Source: Candidatus Methylomirabilia bacterium (GTDB lineage Bacteria > Methylomirabilota > Methylomirabilia > Rokubacteriales > CSP1-6). Taken from it: DNA of 64,000 bases. Below are positions 37,794 through 47,942 of the stretch, one piece after another; position 1 is the first letter of the stretch, and every line of letters begins with the position of its first letter. Location: contig JBGPTW010000001.1 of assembly GCA_041490825.1 (NCBI GenBank), forward strand, positions 9,478 to 73,477, in the 5' to 3' direction. Below the pieces are notes generated by a model, which made no database searches, was not told where the DNA came from, and worked only from the letters and a program-made list of their open reading frames with translations. The translations under genes were made by a program, and so were the position numbers.

Positions 37794-37990
37794 TGTAGCG
37801 GGGGCCGCGAGCCAGGGACCATCGAGGGTGGGCTGTATCCAGATGGGGCGCGTCGAGCCTCCCGCGAGCCAGGGACCATCGAGGGTGGGCTGTATCCAGA
37901 TGGGGCGCGTCGAGCCTCCCGCGAGCCAGGGGCCATCGAGGGTGGGCTGTATCCAGATGGGGCGCGTCGAGCCTCCCGCGGAATGGACAT
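37790..37990 (-). CDS. putative repeat-derived 66-aa ORF between accC and thiE
   Basis: ATG 10 nt after the accC stop; TGA overlaps the thiE ATG (ATGA). Confidence 0.3.
   Translation of the reverse strand: MSIPREARRAPSGYSPPSMAPGSREARRAPSGYSPPSMVPGSREARRAPSGYSPPSMVPGSRPPLQ
37805..37980. repeat. 57-bp tandem repeat x3
   Basis: Units start at 37805, 37862 and 37919, with one SNP in the third. Confidence 0.97.
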
Positions 37991-38000
37991 CGGAGTTCGG

Positions 38001-39338
38001 TTAGCCGTGAAGTCTGAGACCGTCGGCGCTGGTGAAGCGCCCGCTCACGAACGCTGGATCGCTCAGCACCTTGAGCTGAAATGGGATCGTCGTCTTGACG
38101 CCCTCGATCACGGTCTCGGCGAGGGCGCGCCGCATCCGGTCGATGGCCTCGGCGCGATCGCCGCCGTGCACGATGATCTTGGCCAGCAGCGAGTCATAGA
38201 ACGGCGGCACGGCATAGGGCGCCATGAGGTGGCTGTCGACCCGCACGCCGAAGCCGCCCGGCGGGACCCAGGCCGTGACCCTGCCGGCGCTCGGCGCGAA
38301 TGTCTCCGGGTCCTCGGCGTTGATCCGGCACTCCATGGCATGGCCGTCGAAGCGGATGGCGTCCTGCCGAAACCCCAACGACTCGCCGGCGGCGATCCGG
38401 ATCTGCTCGCGCACCAGATCGATGCCGGTCAGCACCTCCGTCACCGGATGCTCCACCTGGATCCGCGTGTTCATCTCGATGAAGTAGAAGCGCTCGGCCT
38501 CGTCCACCAGAAACTCCACGGTGCCGGCGCTGACGTAGTTCACGGCCGCTGCGGCAACCAGAGCGGCCCGATGCAGTCCCGCGCGCGTTTCAGCGGACAG
38601 GCCGAACGCCGGGGACTCTTCGAGCAGCTTCTGGTGGCGACGCTGGACCGAGCAGTCGCGCTCGCCGAGATGCACGCGGATGCCACTCCGATCGCCGAGC
38701 ACCTGCACCTCGACGTGCCGGACGTTCTCGATCAGTTTCTCGCAGTAGATCTCGGACGAACCGAATGCGGCGCCGGCTTCGGACTGACAGGCGGCGAAGG
38801 CCTGGGCCGCGGTCTCCGCCTCGCGGACGATTCGCATGCCGCGGCCACCGCCACCGGCGGCTGCCTTGAAGATCACCGGATAGCCGACTTTGCTGGCGAC
38901 ATCCGTCGCCTCGGCCACGTCCTTCAACGGATGCTGGCTGCCCGGGACGATCGGGACGCCGGCGTCTCGCGCGATCTGACGGGCTTGCGCCTTGTCGCCC
39001 ATGAGCCGGATCGCTTCAGGCGATGGACCGATGAACGTGAGCGAGCAGGCCCGGCAGATGTCCGCGAAGGTCGGATTCTCGGCGAGGAAGCCGTAGCCGG
39101 GATGAATGGCTTCGCTGTCGGTGATGACCGCAGCGGACACGATCGCCGGAATGTTCAGGTAGCTGGAGCGCGCGTCGTCGGGCCCCACGCAAATGGCTTC
39201 GTCCGCCAGCCGGACCGGCAACGACTGGGCGTCCGCCTTCGAGTGTGCGATGACGCTGCGAATCCCCATCTCCCGGCACGTGCGGATGATCCGGAGCGCG
39301 ATCTCGCCTCGATTGGCGATCAGCAGCTTGTGGAACAC
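38001..39338 (-). CDS. accC: acetyl-CoA carboxylase biotin carboxylase
   Basis: LIANRGEIA, HPGYGFLAEN, GGGGRGM, EMNTRIQVEH. Confidence 0.97.
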   Translation of the reverse strand: MFHKLLIANRGEIALRIIRTCREMGIRSVIAHSKADAQSLPVRLADEAICVGPDDARSSYLNIPAIVSAAVITDSEAIHPGYGFLAENPTFADICRACSLTFIGPSPEAIRLMGDKAQARQIARDAGVPIVPGSQHPLKDVAEATDVASKVGYPVIFKAAAGGGGRGMRIVREAETAAQAFAACQSEAGAAFGSSEIYCEKLIENVRHVEVQVLGDRSGIRVHLGERDCSVQRRHQKLLEESPAFGLSAETRAGLHRAALVAAAAVNYVSAGTVEFLVDEAERFYFIEMNTRIQVEHPVTEVLTGIDLVREQIRIAAGESLGFRQDAIRFDGHAMECRINAEDPETFAPSAGRVTAWVPPGGFGVRVDSHLMAPYAVPPFYDSLLAKIIVHGGDRAEAIDRMRRALAETVIEGVKTTIPFQLKVLSDPAFVSGRFTSADGLRLHG

Positions 39339-39355
39339 CTGGGAAGGCCGCCGGC

Positions 39356-39727
39356 CTATTTCTGCTTGAACTCGGCGGGCAGCTTCTGCCACTGGTACGC
39401 GCCCACGTTGACTTGCACCAGCGTCATCCGCTCGGGGTACCAGTATCCCGTCGTGGTCTCGGTCACCACGTAACCAGGGATCTCGACGCTCTGAGGCTGC
39501 AACTGGTCGCGCGGGCCACCCGGCGCAGGGACCTGAACCGTGACCTGCTGAGCCGGGACCTGGACGTAGCGAACGAACTCGCCGTAGGTCGCCTTGTTCG
39601 GATTATAGAGATTCCACGGCATATTCGGGTGCGGCGGGCTGGTGGGGCTGACCTGAGCCCACGCCGGAACAGCCAGGACGACGACGGCGAGACCCGTGAA
39701 CGCCACTCTGCGACGAGCGTCCATCAT
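39356..39727 (-). CDS. hypothetical secreted protein
   Basis: Signal peptide ending AWA-Q; GGGAGG SD; beta/Pro-rich mature part. Confidence 0.7.
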   Translation of the reverse strand: MMDARRRVAFTGLAVVVLAVPAWAQVSPTSPPHPNMPWNLYNPNKATYGEFVRYVQVPAQQVTVQVPAPGGPRDQLQPQSVEIPGYVVTETTTGYWYPERMTLVQVNVGAYQWQKLPAEFKQK

Positions 39728-39752
39728 GTCGCTTGCCCTCCCGGTGGTCGCT

Positions 39753-40229
39753 TCACTGGCTGGGATCGATCAGGAAGAGCGGCTGACCGTATTCCACCGG
39801 CTGGCCGTTGTCCACGAGGATCTTGGTGATCCGGCCGCTGACCTTCGATTCGATCTCGTTCATGAGCTTCATGGCTTCGATGATGCACAGGATCTGACCT
39901 TGCTTGACGATATCGGCTTCACGCACGTACGGCTCGGCGGTGGGAGAAGACGCGCGATAGAACGTGCCGACCATCGGCGATTCGATCGTGGCGAGGGGGC
40001 CTGCGGACGGCCCCGCTGACACGTCGGCGATCACCGTGGCGTGCGGCGGCGCCACGGGCGCGCCCGCGACAGCCGCGGGCACGGAGCCGGCGCGGGAGAG
40101 TCGCACGCGCACGTCGCCGGACGTGACCTCGACCTCGAACAGCGCCAGCTCGTTCATCACGCCCGCGAGCTGGCGAACCAGGTCGACGACGGCGCGATGC
40201 TCGGTCGCTCGGCGGCGCGGGAGAGCCAT
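39753..40229 (-). CDS. accB: biotin carboxyl carrier protein
   Basis: [15 protein letters not shown]. Confidence 0.97.
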   Translation of the reverse strand: MALPRRRATEHRAVVDLVRQLAGVMNELALFEVEVTSGDVRVRLSRAGSVPAAVAGAPVAPPHATVIADVSAGPSAGPLATIESPMVGTFYRASSPTAEPYVREADIVKQGQILCIIEAMKLMNEIESKVSGRITKILVDNGQPVEYGQPLFLIDPSQ

Positions 40230-40798
40230 CAGCCGGCCACCGCCACCCGGCCGAGGTACTCACCGGTTCGCGTGTCGACCTTCACGACGTCACCTTCGTT
40301 CAGGAAGAGCGGAACTTGAACGATCGCGCCGGTCTCGAGGGTCGCGGGCTTGTTGCCGCCCTGCGCGGTGTCTCCGCGCACGCCAGGGTCGGTCCGGGCG
40401 ATCGCGATCTCCACGAAGTTCGGAAGATCCACCGTGATCGGGGCGCCGTCGATGTAGAGGACGTCGACTTCGGTGTTCTCCTTCAGATACTGCCGCGCCT
40501 CGCCGACCTCGTCCGCGGACAGCGAGACCTGTTCGTAGGTCTCCATGTCCATGAAGTGATAGCGGTCGTCCTTGTAGAGGCACTGCATGTGCTTCTCCTC
40601 GGAGTCGACCAGCTGCACCTTCTCTCCCGAGCGGAAGGTATTGTCGATGACCTTCCCGATTTTCATGTGCTTCAGCTTGGTCCGGACGAAGGCGCCGCCT
40701 TTGCCGGGCTTGACGTGCTGGAAGTCGACGATCATGTACGGCTGGTCGTCGAAGACGATGCGCAGCCCCTTCTTGAACTCGGCGGTCGATACCTGCAT
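40229..40798 (-). CDS. efp: elongation factor P
   Basis: [25 protein letters not shown]. Confidence 0.98.
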   Translation of the reverse strand: MQVSTAEFKKGLRIVFDDQPYMIVDFQHVKPGKGGAFVRTKLKHMKIGKVIDNTFRSGEKVQLVDSEEKHMQCLYKDDRYHFMDMETYEQVSLSADEVGEARQYLKENTEVDVLYIDGAPITVDLPNFVEIAIARTDPGVRGDTAQGGNKPATLETGAIVQVPLFLNEGDVVKVDTRTGEYLGRVAVAG

Positions 40799-40804
40799 CG
40801 AGCG

Positions 40805-41464
40805 TCAACCTTTCCGTCTCGGGCGCGCGCGCAGCGCGGATTCGAGCCCATCGCGCGCGCCGGAATGATGCGGATCCTTCTGGAGGATCCGGCTGAAGAC
40901 CGTGACCGCCTCCTCGGCACAGCCCTGGTCGAGGCAGAGCGCGCCGAAGGAGACCGTCGCGAACACATCGTCGCTCAGGATCCTGCCCAAGCCGCCGGCC
41001 TCGCCGGCCCCCGGATCGGCTCGCAACAGGCCGACCAGTGCGCGAGCTTCGCGGTCGCCGTGGTCGAGCTTCACGACCGTTTCGAGATGGCGGACGGCCA
41101 CGTCGATGTGACCGCGCCGCCGGTGGATCTCGGCGGCGAGCCGGTGTGCCTGGACGTCCTTGGCGTTCGTTTCGAGAATCGTCTGTGCCTCCGCCGCGGC
41201 TTGCTCCAGGTGGTCGGCGGCCATCAGCGCCTTGGCGAGGATCAGCCGAGCCGTCGCGTACTGAGGATAGCGTACCAGCCCGTCACGGCAGATCGCCACC
41301 GCCTCAGCGAGGCGCCCGGCCTTGCGGTAGAGGTCGGCGAGCTGCGCGAACGCGAGGGATGAGGGATTGCGAGCGAGCCGCTCCTCGTGACGGCGTATGG
41401 CCGCGCCGAGCGCGAGATCGATCTCCGTCGAGGACGCGCGGTCAGCCGCGGTGATGTCGGTCAT
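40805..41464 (-). CDS. tetratricopeptide repeat protein
   Basis: FAQLADLYRKAG...EA...C..GL..YP.Y..ARL.LA TPR pattern. Confidence 0.8.
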   Translation of the reverse strand: MTDITAADRASSTEIDLALGAAIRRHEERLARNPSSLAFAQLADLYRKAGRLAEAVAICRDGLVRYPQYATARLILAKALMAADHLEQAAAEAQTILETNAKDVQAHRLAAEIHRRRGHIDVAVRHLETVVKLDHGDREARALVGLLRADPGAGEAGGLGRILSDDVFATVSFGALCLDQGCAEEAVTVFSRILQKDPHHSGARDGLESALRARPRRKG

Positions 41465-42540
41465 GCCTCGGCCGCCAGAGCGGCTCGGACGTCCCCGTGA
41501 GGGACGTCGTACACCAGGCGAAACGTGCCGATCGCGGGCGCCAGCACGAACGGGATGCGACCGTCGCGGCCCTTCTTGTCACGGGAGATCGCGGCGATCA
41601 CCGCGTCAACGTCGATTCCGGTCACGCGTGTCGGCAGCCCAAGTCGGGACAGAACCTGTTCTTGCCGTTCGACTGTCTCGGCGCCGGCAAGCCCGAGTCG
41701 GTGCGCGAGTCGGGCCTCCGCGACGATCCCGAGCGCAACCGCTTCGCCATGCGTCCAGCGATCGAAGCCCGTGGCCGCCTCGAGAGCATGGCCGATCGTG
41801 TGGCCGTAGTTCAAGACCGCACGCAGATCCGCCTCTCGCTCGTCACGCGCCACGACGTCCGCTTTGAGACGGCATGAGCCGCCGATGAGCCGTTCAAGGG
41901 TCGGCAGATCGCGGGCCAGCAGCGCGCCGGCGTTTCGTTCGATGTCGTCGAAGTAGGCGACGTCAAGCACGATGCCATGCTTGACCATCTCCGCCAGCCC
42001 CGACCGGAACTCTCGCTCGGGCAATGAGCGAACGGTCGCCGGATCGACCACCACCAGACGGGGCTGGTAGAATGCGCCGACGAGATTCTTGGCCCGCGGG
42101 TGATCGATCGCGGTTTTCCCGCCGATCGAGGCATCGACCTGGGCGAGGACCGTCGTCGGCAGCTGGACGAAGTTGGTTCCCCGCATGTAGGTCGCAGCGA
42201 CGAACCCGGCCAGGTCACCGACCGCGCCGCCCCCTAACGCCAGGACGGTGGAGGAGCGATCGAGCCCTGCGGCGAGCAGCGCGTCCCAGCATCGCTCGGC
42301 CGTCGCCAGCGTCTTGGCGGCTTCACCGACCGGCACATCGACAGCCGTGACCGTGAAGCCGGCGGTGCGAAGGCTGTCGGTCACCGCCTCGCCGTAGAGT
42401 CGGCGCACGGCCGGGTCGCTGACGAGCGCCATGCGGGAGCCCAGGCCGAGTGGCCGGGCGTGATCGCCGACCTTCACCAGCGCGTCGGTCTCCACCACGA
42501 TCGAATACGACCGGGCTCCAAGATCGACCGGAATGATCAT
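41461..42540 (-). CDS. aroB: 3-dehydroquinate synthase
   Basis: LGGGAVGDLAGF, VDASIGGKT, LNYGHTIGHA, HGEAV. Confidence 0.97.
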   Translation of the reverse strand: MIIPVDLGARSYSIVVETDALVKVGDHARPLGLGSRMALVSDPAVRRLYGEAVTDSLRTAGFTVTAVDVPVGEAAKTLATAERCWDALLAAGLDRSSTVLALGGGAVGDLAGFVAATYMRGTNFVQLPTTVLAQVDASIGGKTAIDHPRAKNLVGAFYQPRLVVVDPATVRSLPEREFRSGLAEMVKHGIVLDVAYFDDIERNAGALLARDLPTLERLIGGSCRLKADVVARDEREADLRAVLNYGHTIGHALEAATGFDRWTHGEAVALGIVAEARLAHRLGLAGAETVERQEQVLSRLGLPTRVTGIDVDAVIAAISRDKKGRDGRIPFVLAPAIGTFRLVYDVPHGDVRAALAAEA

Positions 42541-42607
42541 CGGTTGATGCTCGTATCGCTCACCGTGGGCAGCGGGGCCGCAGCTCCGCCGATTCCGGAG
42601 ATCCGCG

Positions 42608-43783
42608 CTACCATGCTTTGAGCTGCTCCTGGTAGGCGGCGTAGTTGCGGCGGATCTCGTCGATTCCATCGCCGCCGAACTTTTCGAGAAACGCGTTGGC
42701 CAGCACGATGGCCATCATGGCCTCGCCCACGATCCCGGCTGCAGGGACAGCGCACACGTCGCTGCGTTCGACAACCGCTTCCACGGCTTCTTTGGTCACC
42801 ACGTCCACCGAGCGGAGCGGCGTGCGGAGCGTCGAGAGCGGTTTCATTGCAGCCCGCGCGACGACAGGCTGGCCGTTGGTCACGCCACCCTCGAGGCCGC
42901 CCGCATTGTTCGTTGCGCGCCGGAAGCCATCGGCGGCGTCGAACAAGATCTCGTCGTGCACCGCGGAACCAGGTCGGCGCGCGGTCTCGAATCCGAGCCC
43001 GACCTCGCAGCCCTTGATCGCCTGGATGGAGCAGAACGCCTGCGCGATGCGGCCATCGAGGCGGCGATCCCACTGGACGTACGAGCCCAGTCCGACAGGG
43101 CAGCCGAGCGCGACGACCTCGAAGACGCCACCGAGCGTGTCGCCTTTGGTCTTGGCTTCGTCGATCGCCGCGATGATCGCGCGCTCCGTCTCGGGATCGG
43201 CGCAGCGTACCTCGGACGTCTCGGCCCGCTGGCGCAACTGCTCCCAGGGCAGATCGAGCTCCGGCGAGATCCGAACCCCGCCGATCTCGGTGACGTGGCT
43301 CAAGATCGTGATGCCGAACTCGCGCAGGAGGCGCTTGGCCACTCCGGCGACGGCCACCCGGGCGGTCGTTTCCCGAGCGCTCGAGCGCTCGAGGACGTTG
43401 CGGATGTCACGGTGTCCATACTTCATGGCCCCCGCGAGATCGGCGTGTCCTGGCCGCGGCTGGGTGACCTGCTTTGGCGCGGTCCCGGATTGGAGCGGCG
43501 CCACCGACATCGTGGCCTTCCAGTTTTCCCAGTCACGGTTGGCAATGGTGAGCGTCAGTGGACTGCCGAGCGTCAGACCCCACCGGACGCCCGCACTGAT
43601 GTGCGCCTGATCGCGTTCGATTTTCATACGCCCGCCGCGCCCGTAACCTCGCTGACGCCGGGCGAGATCCTCGTTGATGTCGGATTCGGCCAGAGGAAGC
43701 CCCGCCGGCACCCCGTCGATGACGGCGGTCAACGCCTCACCGTGGGATTCGCCAGCCGTGAGAAAACGAAAGATCTCGGCCAT
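42608..43783 (-). CDS. aroC: chorismate synthase
   Basis: [28 protein letters not shown]. Confidence 0.98.
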   Translation of the reverse strand: MAEIFRFLTAGESHGEALTAVIDGVPAGLPLAESDINEDLARRQRGYGRGGRMKIERDQAHISAGVRWGLTLGSPLTLTIANRDWENWKATMSVAPLQSGTAPKQVTQPRPGHADLAGAMKYGHRDIRNVLERSSARETTARVAVAGVAKRLLREFGITILSHVTEIGGVRISPELDLPWEQLRQRAETSEVRCADPETERAIIAAIDEAKTKGDTLGGVFEVVALGCPVGLGSYVQWDRRLDGRIAQAFCSIQAIKGCEVGLGFETARRPGSAVHDEILFDAADGFRRATNNAGGLEGGVTNGQPVVARAAMKPLSTLRTPLRSVDVVTKEAVEAVVERSDVCAVPAAGIVGEAMMAIVLANAFLEKFGGDGIDEIRRNYAAYQEQLKAW

Positions 43784-43859
43784 AGGGTGAAGGAAGCTTA
43801 CCACGCGGCCGCGACGGCGGCTGCCGCCGCGGCGACTGCGGCCGCGGCGACTGCCGCTT

Positions 43860-43956
43860 CTAGCGAACTGGGGGCCTCGAAGGCCCCCAGACCCCCATAC
43901 GCTCGGCGCACCCCAGCAAAGCTGTGGCGCTCCTCGATACTCCGACAGGCTCCTAG
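43860..43956. mobile_element. ~97-bp MITE/REP-like element, copy 1
   Basis: Bounded by CTAG at both ends; two internal hairpins; 62/65 identical to copy 2 over 43891-43955. Confidence 0.65.
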
Positions 43957-43957
43957 C

Positions 43958-46231
43958 CTAGCGGACCGGCGGCACTGTGGGGCCGGTCGCCCGGGGAGCC
44001 TCCCTCAGAACGGTCGGCGTGATGAAGATGACGAGCTCACGGTTTGGGCTGGTCGAGCGCGTCGTTTGCTTGAAGAGCCAGCCGATCACTGGGATGTCGC
44101 CGAAGAGCGGCACCTTGCTGGTATTCTCCGTGTCCGTCCGCTGCGCGATGCCGCCGATGACGAGAGTCTCGCCTTCCTTGACGATGACTTCGGTCTCGGC
44201 CTTCTTCTTGGCGATGAGCGGCAGCGTTCCGCCACTGGTTCCCGCCGGTACGGAACCGCTGACCGAATTGTCCTCGATGTTCAGCTTCATCTTGATCTTC
44301 GTCACCTGCGGCTCCCGGATGACCGTGGGCGTCACCTCGAGCTTGAGCGTGGCGTCCTTGAACGACACCTGGGTGCCCGCCGAGCTGACCGTCGCGAACG
44401 GCACGTCGGAGCCGACGGCGATGATGCCCTTGACGTTCTCGATGGTCACGATCTCAGGTCGCGAGAGTGAGCGGGTCTTCCCCAGGGTCTCGAGGGCGCT
44501 CAGCGCCAGGTTCAGATTGAACCGAGGACCGATGATGCCGAAGCCGATGCCGAGGCCGCTTCCGGGACTCGACGACGGCAGGTTGACGATATTACCGCCG
44601 AGCGGCAATCCCGTCACGGCACTCACGGGAAGACCGAACGGCACGCGTTGCGTCCCGTCGGCCGCGGTCAAGAATGGGTTGTTGAACGGGGCGGACGGCA
44701 CGCCCGTGCCGGCGTTTGCCGTGTTGATGCCTTGACCGACGAGAACGTTCCGGAAGTCGCGGCCGATCCCGGCGCCACCCCAGGACACGCCCAGGTCGAG
44801 CAGATCGGTCCGGTTGATGTCGTTCAGCCGCGCCTCGATCTTGATCTGCGGGAGCTGCACGTCGAGTGACTCGCGAATCAGCTTCTTGATGCGTTCCAGG
44901 TCCTTGTCATAGTGACGGATGAAGATCGAGTTCGTCGGCTTGTGTGCCCGGATGCTGATGCCCTTGGCGAGCAAATCTTGCGAGGGCATCGGAGGAAGCG
45001 ACGGCGCCCCGATTGCCCCCGTGCCGAACACCCCTGAGAACGGTGGCGCCGGTGCCGCGGCCGCCTCGCCTCCTGTGGCTGACATCCCGAGCAGGCCCTG
45101 GAGTGTCTTGGCCACGTCATCGGGATCCGCGTACGCGAGACGGATCGTCTCCTCGCGCAGTGGCCCGCGGGCCTGTTGCTCGGCGAACGCGGCCTCGGCG
45201 GCCGCCGCCCGCTGGCGCGCCTCCTGCTCCTTGATCTGCGCCTCAGCGGCGCGGGTGCGGATCTCGGCGTCCGCCTTGCCTCGCGCCTCTTCAGCCCTGA
45301 CCCGTGAGTCTTCCAGCTTCGCCACGGCGTCGCGCTCCTTCGTGAGCTGGTCGCTCGTGATGATGCGGAGCACGTTGCCCTTCTCAATTTTCCGGAGGTC
45401 TTTGGCCTCCAGGATGATCTCGAGCGCCTGCTCCCACGGAACGTTGCGGAGCGTGATCGACATCTTGCCCTTCACGTCATCGCCGATCACGATGTTCTTT
45501 CCGCTCTCAGCGGCGAGGATCCTGAGGAGATTGACGACGTCGGCGTCCTTGAAATCCAGCGAGATCAGCCCGGTGGAGGAGCCGACGGGCTGACGCGGCG
45601 GGGCCGATGGGGCCGCCGGCACCTGGACGACACGGATCTCGGGAAGCGGCAGCGGCTTTCGGTCGACTTCTGCGCGCGGGTTGGGCTGAACCACGGTGGA
45701 TTCCGGCACGACCACTGCCGTGGAGCCCGCACGGGCTGAAAGCGCAGCCGTCACTACCGCCGGTGGCTTTAGCACGGCAACCGGCTTGACGACCGCCGGC
45801 GCCGCCGGAGCGGATCGCGTGGGCGGAGGCGAGGCCGGTCCGGCCTTCGGAACCACGATGGCGAGGCCGTCGGATTCCTCGGTGATGACATAGCCGGCCT
45901 TCCGGGTGAACTCGATCACCACCCGGGTCAGTCCCTTGCGGTACTGACTCCCGCGGACCTGTCTGAGAGGCGCCTCGGAGAGCTGCAGAGGCGTCTTCCG
46001 CCATTCGAGCGTCGTGTCCTGTAAGTCCACGACGAGGCGGTAGGGAGAATCCATGAACTCGGCCTGATACTGGGCCGGGGCCGAAGTCTTGAGCACGATC
46101 GTCGTGGCGTCCTGCCCATTCACCACCACGACATCGTGGAGTCTCGCGATCCCCGGGGCCTGAAGCTCTCCGGCCGCAGCGGTGACCGGCAGTAGCATGA
46201 TCAACGCGAAGCGTCGGGCAAATCCGAGCAT
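43958..46231 (-). CDS. pilQ: type IV pilus secretin PilQ (AMIN-N0-N3-secretin)
   Basis: AMIN domain, ISLDFKDAD, L.NVPW.QAL, KVPLFGDIP.IGWLFK, ELVIFITP; last gene of pilMNOP. Confidence 0.93.
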   Translation of the reverse strand: MLGFARRFALIMLLPVTAAAGELQAPGIARLHDVVVVNGQDATTIVLKTSAPAQYQAEFMDSPYRLVVDLQDTTLEWRKTPLQLSEAPLRQVRGSQYRKGLTRVVIEFTRKAGYVITEESDGLAIVVPKAGPASPPPTRSAPAAPAVVKPVAVLKPPAVVTAALSARAGSTAVVVPESTVVQPNPRAEVDRKPLPLPEIRVVQVPAAPSAPPRQPVGSSTGLISLDFKDADVVNLLRILAAESGKNIVIGDDVKGKMSITLRNVPWEQALEIILEAKDLRKIEKGNVLRIITSDQLTKERDAVAKLEDSRVRAEEARGKADAEIRTRAAEAQIKEQEARQRAAAAEAAFAEQQARGPLREETIRLAYADPDDVAKTLQGLLGMSATGGEAAAAPAPPFSGVFGTGAIGAPSLPPMPSQDLLAKGISIRAHKPTNSIFIRHYDKDLERIKKLIRESLDVQLPQIKIEARLNDINRTDLLDLGVSWGGAGIGRDFRNVLVGQGINTANAGTGVPSAPFNNPFLTAADGTQRVPFGLPVSAVTGLPLGGNIVNLPSSSPGSGLGIGFGIIGPRFNLNLALSALETLGKTRSLSRPEIVTIENVKGIIAVGSDVPFATVSSAGTQVSFKDATLKLEVTPTVIREPQVTKIKMKLNIEDNSVSGSVPAGTSGGTLPLIAKKKAETEVIVKEGETLVIGGIAQRTDTENTSKVPLFGDIPVIGWLFKQTTRSTSPNRELVIFITPTVLREAPRATGPTVPPVR

Positions 46232-46255
46232 CGTGTGACCTCGTCGGCGTCCCAT

Positions 46256-46768
46256 TCAGTCCGTCTGCATCCTTAGGACGACCCGGTTAGTGGTGGACCC
46301 CGGTTTTGGCGCGACGGCAAACACGATGCTGTCCACGCCGATCTCGACGACTCGCCCGTCGCCGAGAGTGTCACCGGGCTTGAGGATGTAGCCGATGCCT
46401 TTGGCGTCTTCGACCAGTGCCAGCGTTATCGCGCCGCGAACGATCGCCGTCAATTTCGTCGCGGTCACCGAGAGACCGGCGGGAGCGTCCTGCAGCCGGG
46501 CCTCGATGTTTTCGAACGGATCGCGGCGGCCCTTCGGCTCATAACGGACGCGCGCCGTGGTCAGCGCCTGGGCCATCGACTGCGAGGTCAGGGCGGCCGC
46601 CTGCGGGTTTGCCAGGTTCGGAACCGGCTTGACGGCAGACGCCACGGCCACCGGCGCCGGCCGCTGCGGTGGAATGGCAACTGGCTTCGGCGCCGGCGGT
46701 GAGCCGCCACACGCCGACAGCGCCATCGTGAGCGCAAGCGACCAGAGGACCAGGTTGCGGTGGCGCAT
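46256..46768 (-). CDS. pilP: PilP-like lipoprotein
   Basis: Lipobox LSAC, YEPKGRRDPF, ALVED..G.GY...G. Confidence 0.8.
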   Translation of the reverse strand: MRHRNLVLWSLALTMALSACGGSPPAPKPVAIPPQRPAPVAVASAVKPVPNLANPQAAALTSQSMAQALTTARVRYEPKGRRDPFENIEARLQDAPAGLSVTATKLTAIVRGAITLALVEDAKGIGYILKPGDTLGDGRVVEIGVDSIVFAVAPKPGSTTNRVVLRMQTD

Positions 46769-47370
46769 CACTTCGTCACCGGCTTCGGCGGCGCCGGCGA
46801 GCCGACCGGTCTGTACGTGTACGTGGCGAGCGTGAGCTCGGCTCTCATGGTGTTCTTGTTCTTCACCAACCCGAGGAACTTCCAGTCATTGACCGTGACG
46901 ATCCGGGGGAGCCCCGACAGTCGATCGAAGAACGCGCCGATCTGGTGATAGCCGCCTTCGGCCGTGAGCGTGATCGGGATCTCGGCGTAGTAGTCGCGGA
47001 TGCGGGGGTCCCGCGGCTGGAAGAGCGCGACGTCCAGCGCCGACTGGTACGCCGTTTCGTGGATCGTGCGGTAGAGCTGCGGCATTTCCTTCTCGCTGGG
47101 AAGCTTTTCCGTGAGCGCGGCGAGCTTTTGCTCCACCTCGCCGGCCTGCTTCTTCAGCGCTTCGAGCGTGGCCAGGTTCGCGCGATTCTGCGCGATCTCG
47201 GCCTTCAGCCCGGCGTACTGCTTCTCGAGCCCCAGAATCTGCGCCTGGGCCGGAGCGAACACCAGGTAGTACGAGAGCCCGCCGATCAGCGCGAGTCCGG
47301 CAAAGCCGATGATCAGCTTGTGCTGCTTCGGGAGATTGACGATCGGGTCCAGGAACGCTGGTAATTCCAT
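46768..47370 (-). CDS. pilO: type IV pilus assembly protein PilO
   Basis: TM, coiled coil, LP.EKE.P.L, GYHQIG.FF......RIV. Confidence 0.9.
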   Translation of the reverse strand: MELPAFLDPIVNLPKQHKLIIGFAGLALIGGLSYYLVFAPAQAQILGLEKQYAGLKAEIAQNRANLATLEALKKQAGEVEQKLAALTEKLPSEKEMPQLYRTIHETAYQSALDVALFQPRDPRIRDYYAEIPITLTAEGGYHQIGAFFDRLSGLPRIVTVNDWKFLGLVKNKNTMRAELTLATYTYRPVGSPAPPKPVTK

Positions 47371-47372
47371 TT

Positions 47373-47942
47373 TCAACTCTCAAAACGACAGGTGATCTCG
47401 AAGTTCACCAGACGGGGGCTCCGGGTGAGGTCCTGTCGGGAGCTGACGATGTCGATCTCTTTGAAGCGTCCCGACGACCGGAGATTGGACATGAAGTCGG
47501 CGATAGCCGTGGATGTGAACGACGCCCCGGTCACGCGGATCGTGGCGCCACGCTCCTCCAGGCCGGTCAGCCAGAGATCGCGGGGCACCGTGTCGGCCAT
47601 CGAGTCCAGCATCACGATGAGTCGCGTCTGGCTCTTCGTCAGCTCCTGGACGGCGTCGACCCGCTTGAGGAGGTCCGCCAGCTGATCCTTGATCCTGCCG
47701 GCCTGACTGACCTTGATTCTCAGGGCATTGAGCTCTGCGGTGGACTGTGTGACGTGCACGGTCAGCTCGGCTTCCCGGCTCTGGAGGTGATTCCACCACA
47801 AGCCTCCACCGAGGACCGCGACGACATAGAGGCCGGCGAAGGCCATGCCGATGTTGAACTCTGGAAGTCGGAACTGGAACGATGGCCCGCCGGCCTTGCG
47901 TCGACCGCGCCGCTCTGGAGGCGCGAGATTGATCTTGATCAT
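47373..47942 (-). CDS. pilN: type IV pilus assembly protein PilN
   Basis: MIKINL, TM, P..LWL, IADFM.NL..S..F. Confidence 0.9.
   Translation of the reverse strand: MIKINLAPPERRGRRKAGGPSFQFRLPEFNIGMAFAGLYVVAVLGGGLWWNHLQSREAELTVHVTQSTAELNALRIKVSQAGRIKDQLADLLKRVDAVQELTKSQTRLIVMLDSMADTVPRDLWLTGLEERGATIRVTGASFTSTAIADFMSNLRSSGRFKEIDIVSSRQDLTRSPRLVNFEITCRFES

Noticed and set aside
37805-37980. Possible CRISPR array
   Set aside because: The units are head-to-tail identical with no unique spacers, and there are no cas genes.
37083-39473. 796-aa plus-strand ORF
   Set aside because: Antisense shadow of thiE/accC, typical of high-GC DNA, with no recognisable motifs. The same applies to 30222-32219, 42956-44470 and 24448-25995.
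43804-43859. GCN-rich low-complexity tract (poly-Ala-like, GCCGCGGCGACTGC x2)
   Set aside because: It is not in a credible ORF and is best explained as slippage next to the repeat element.
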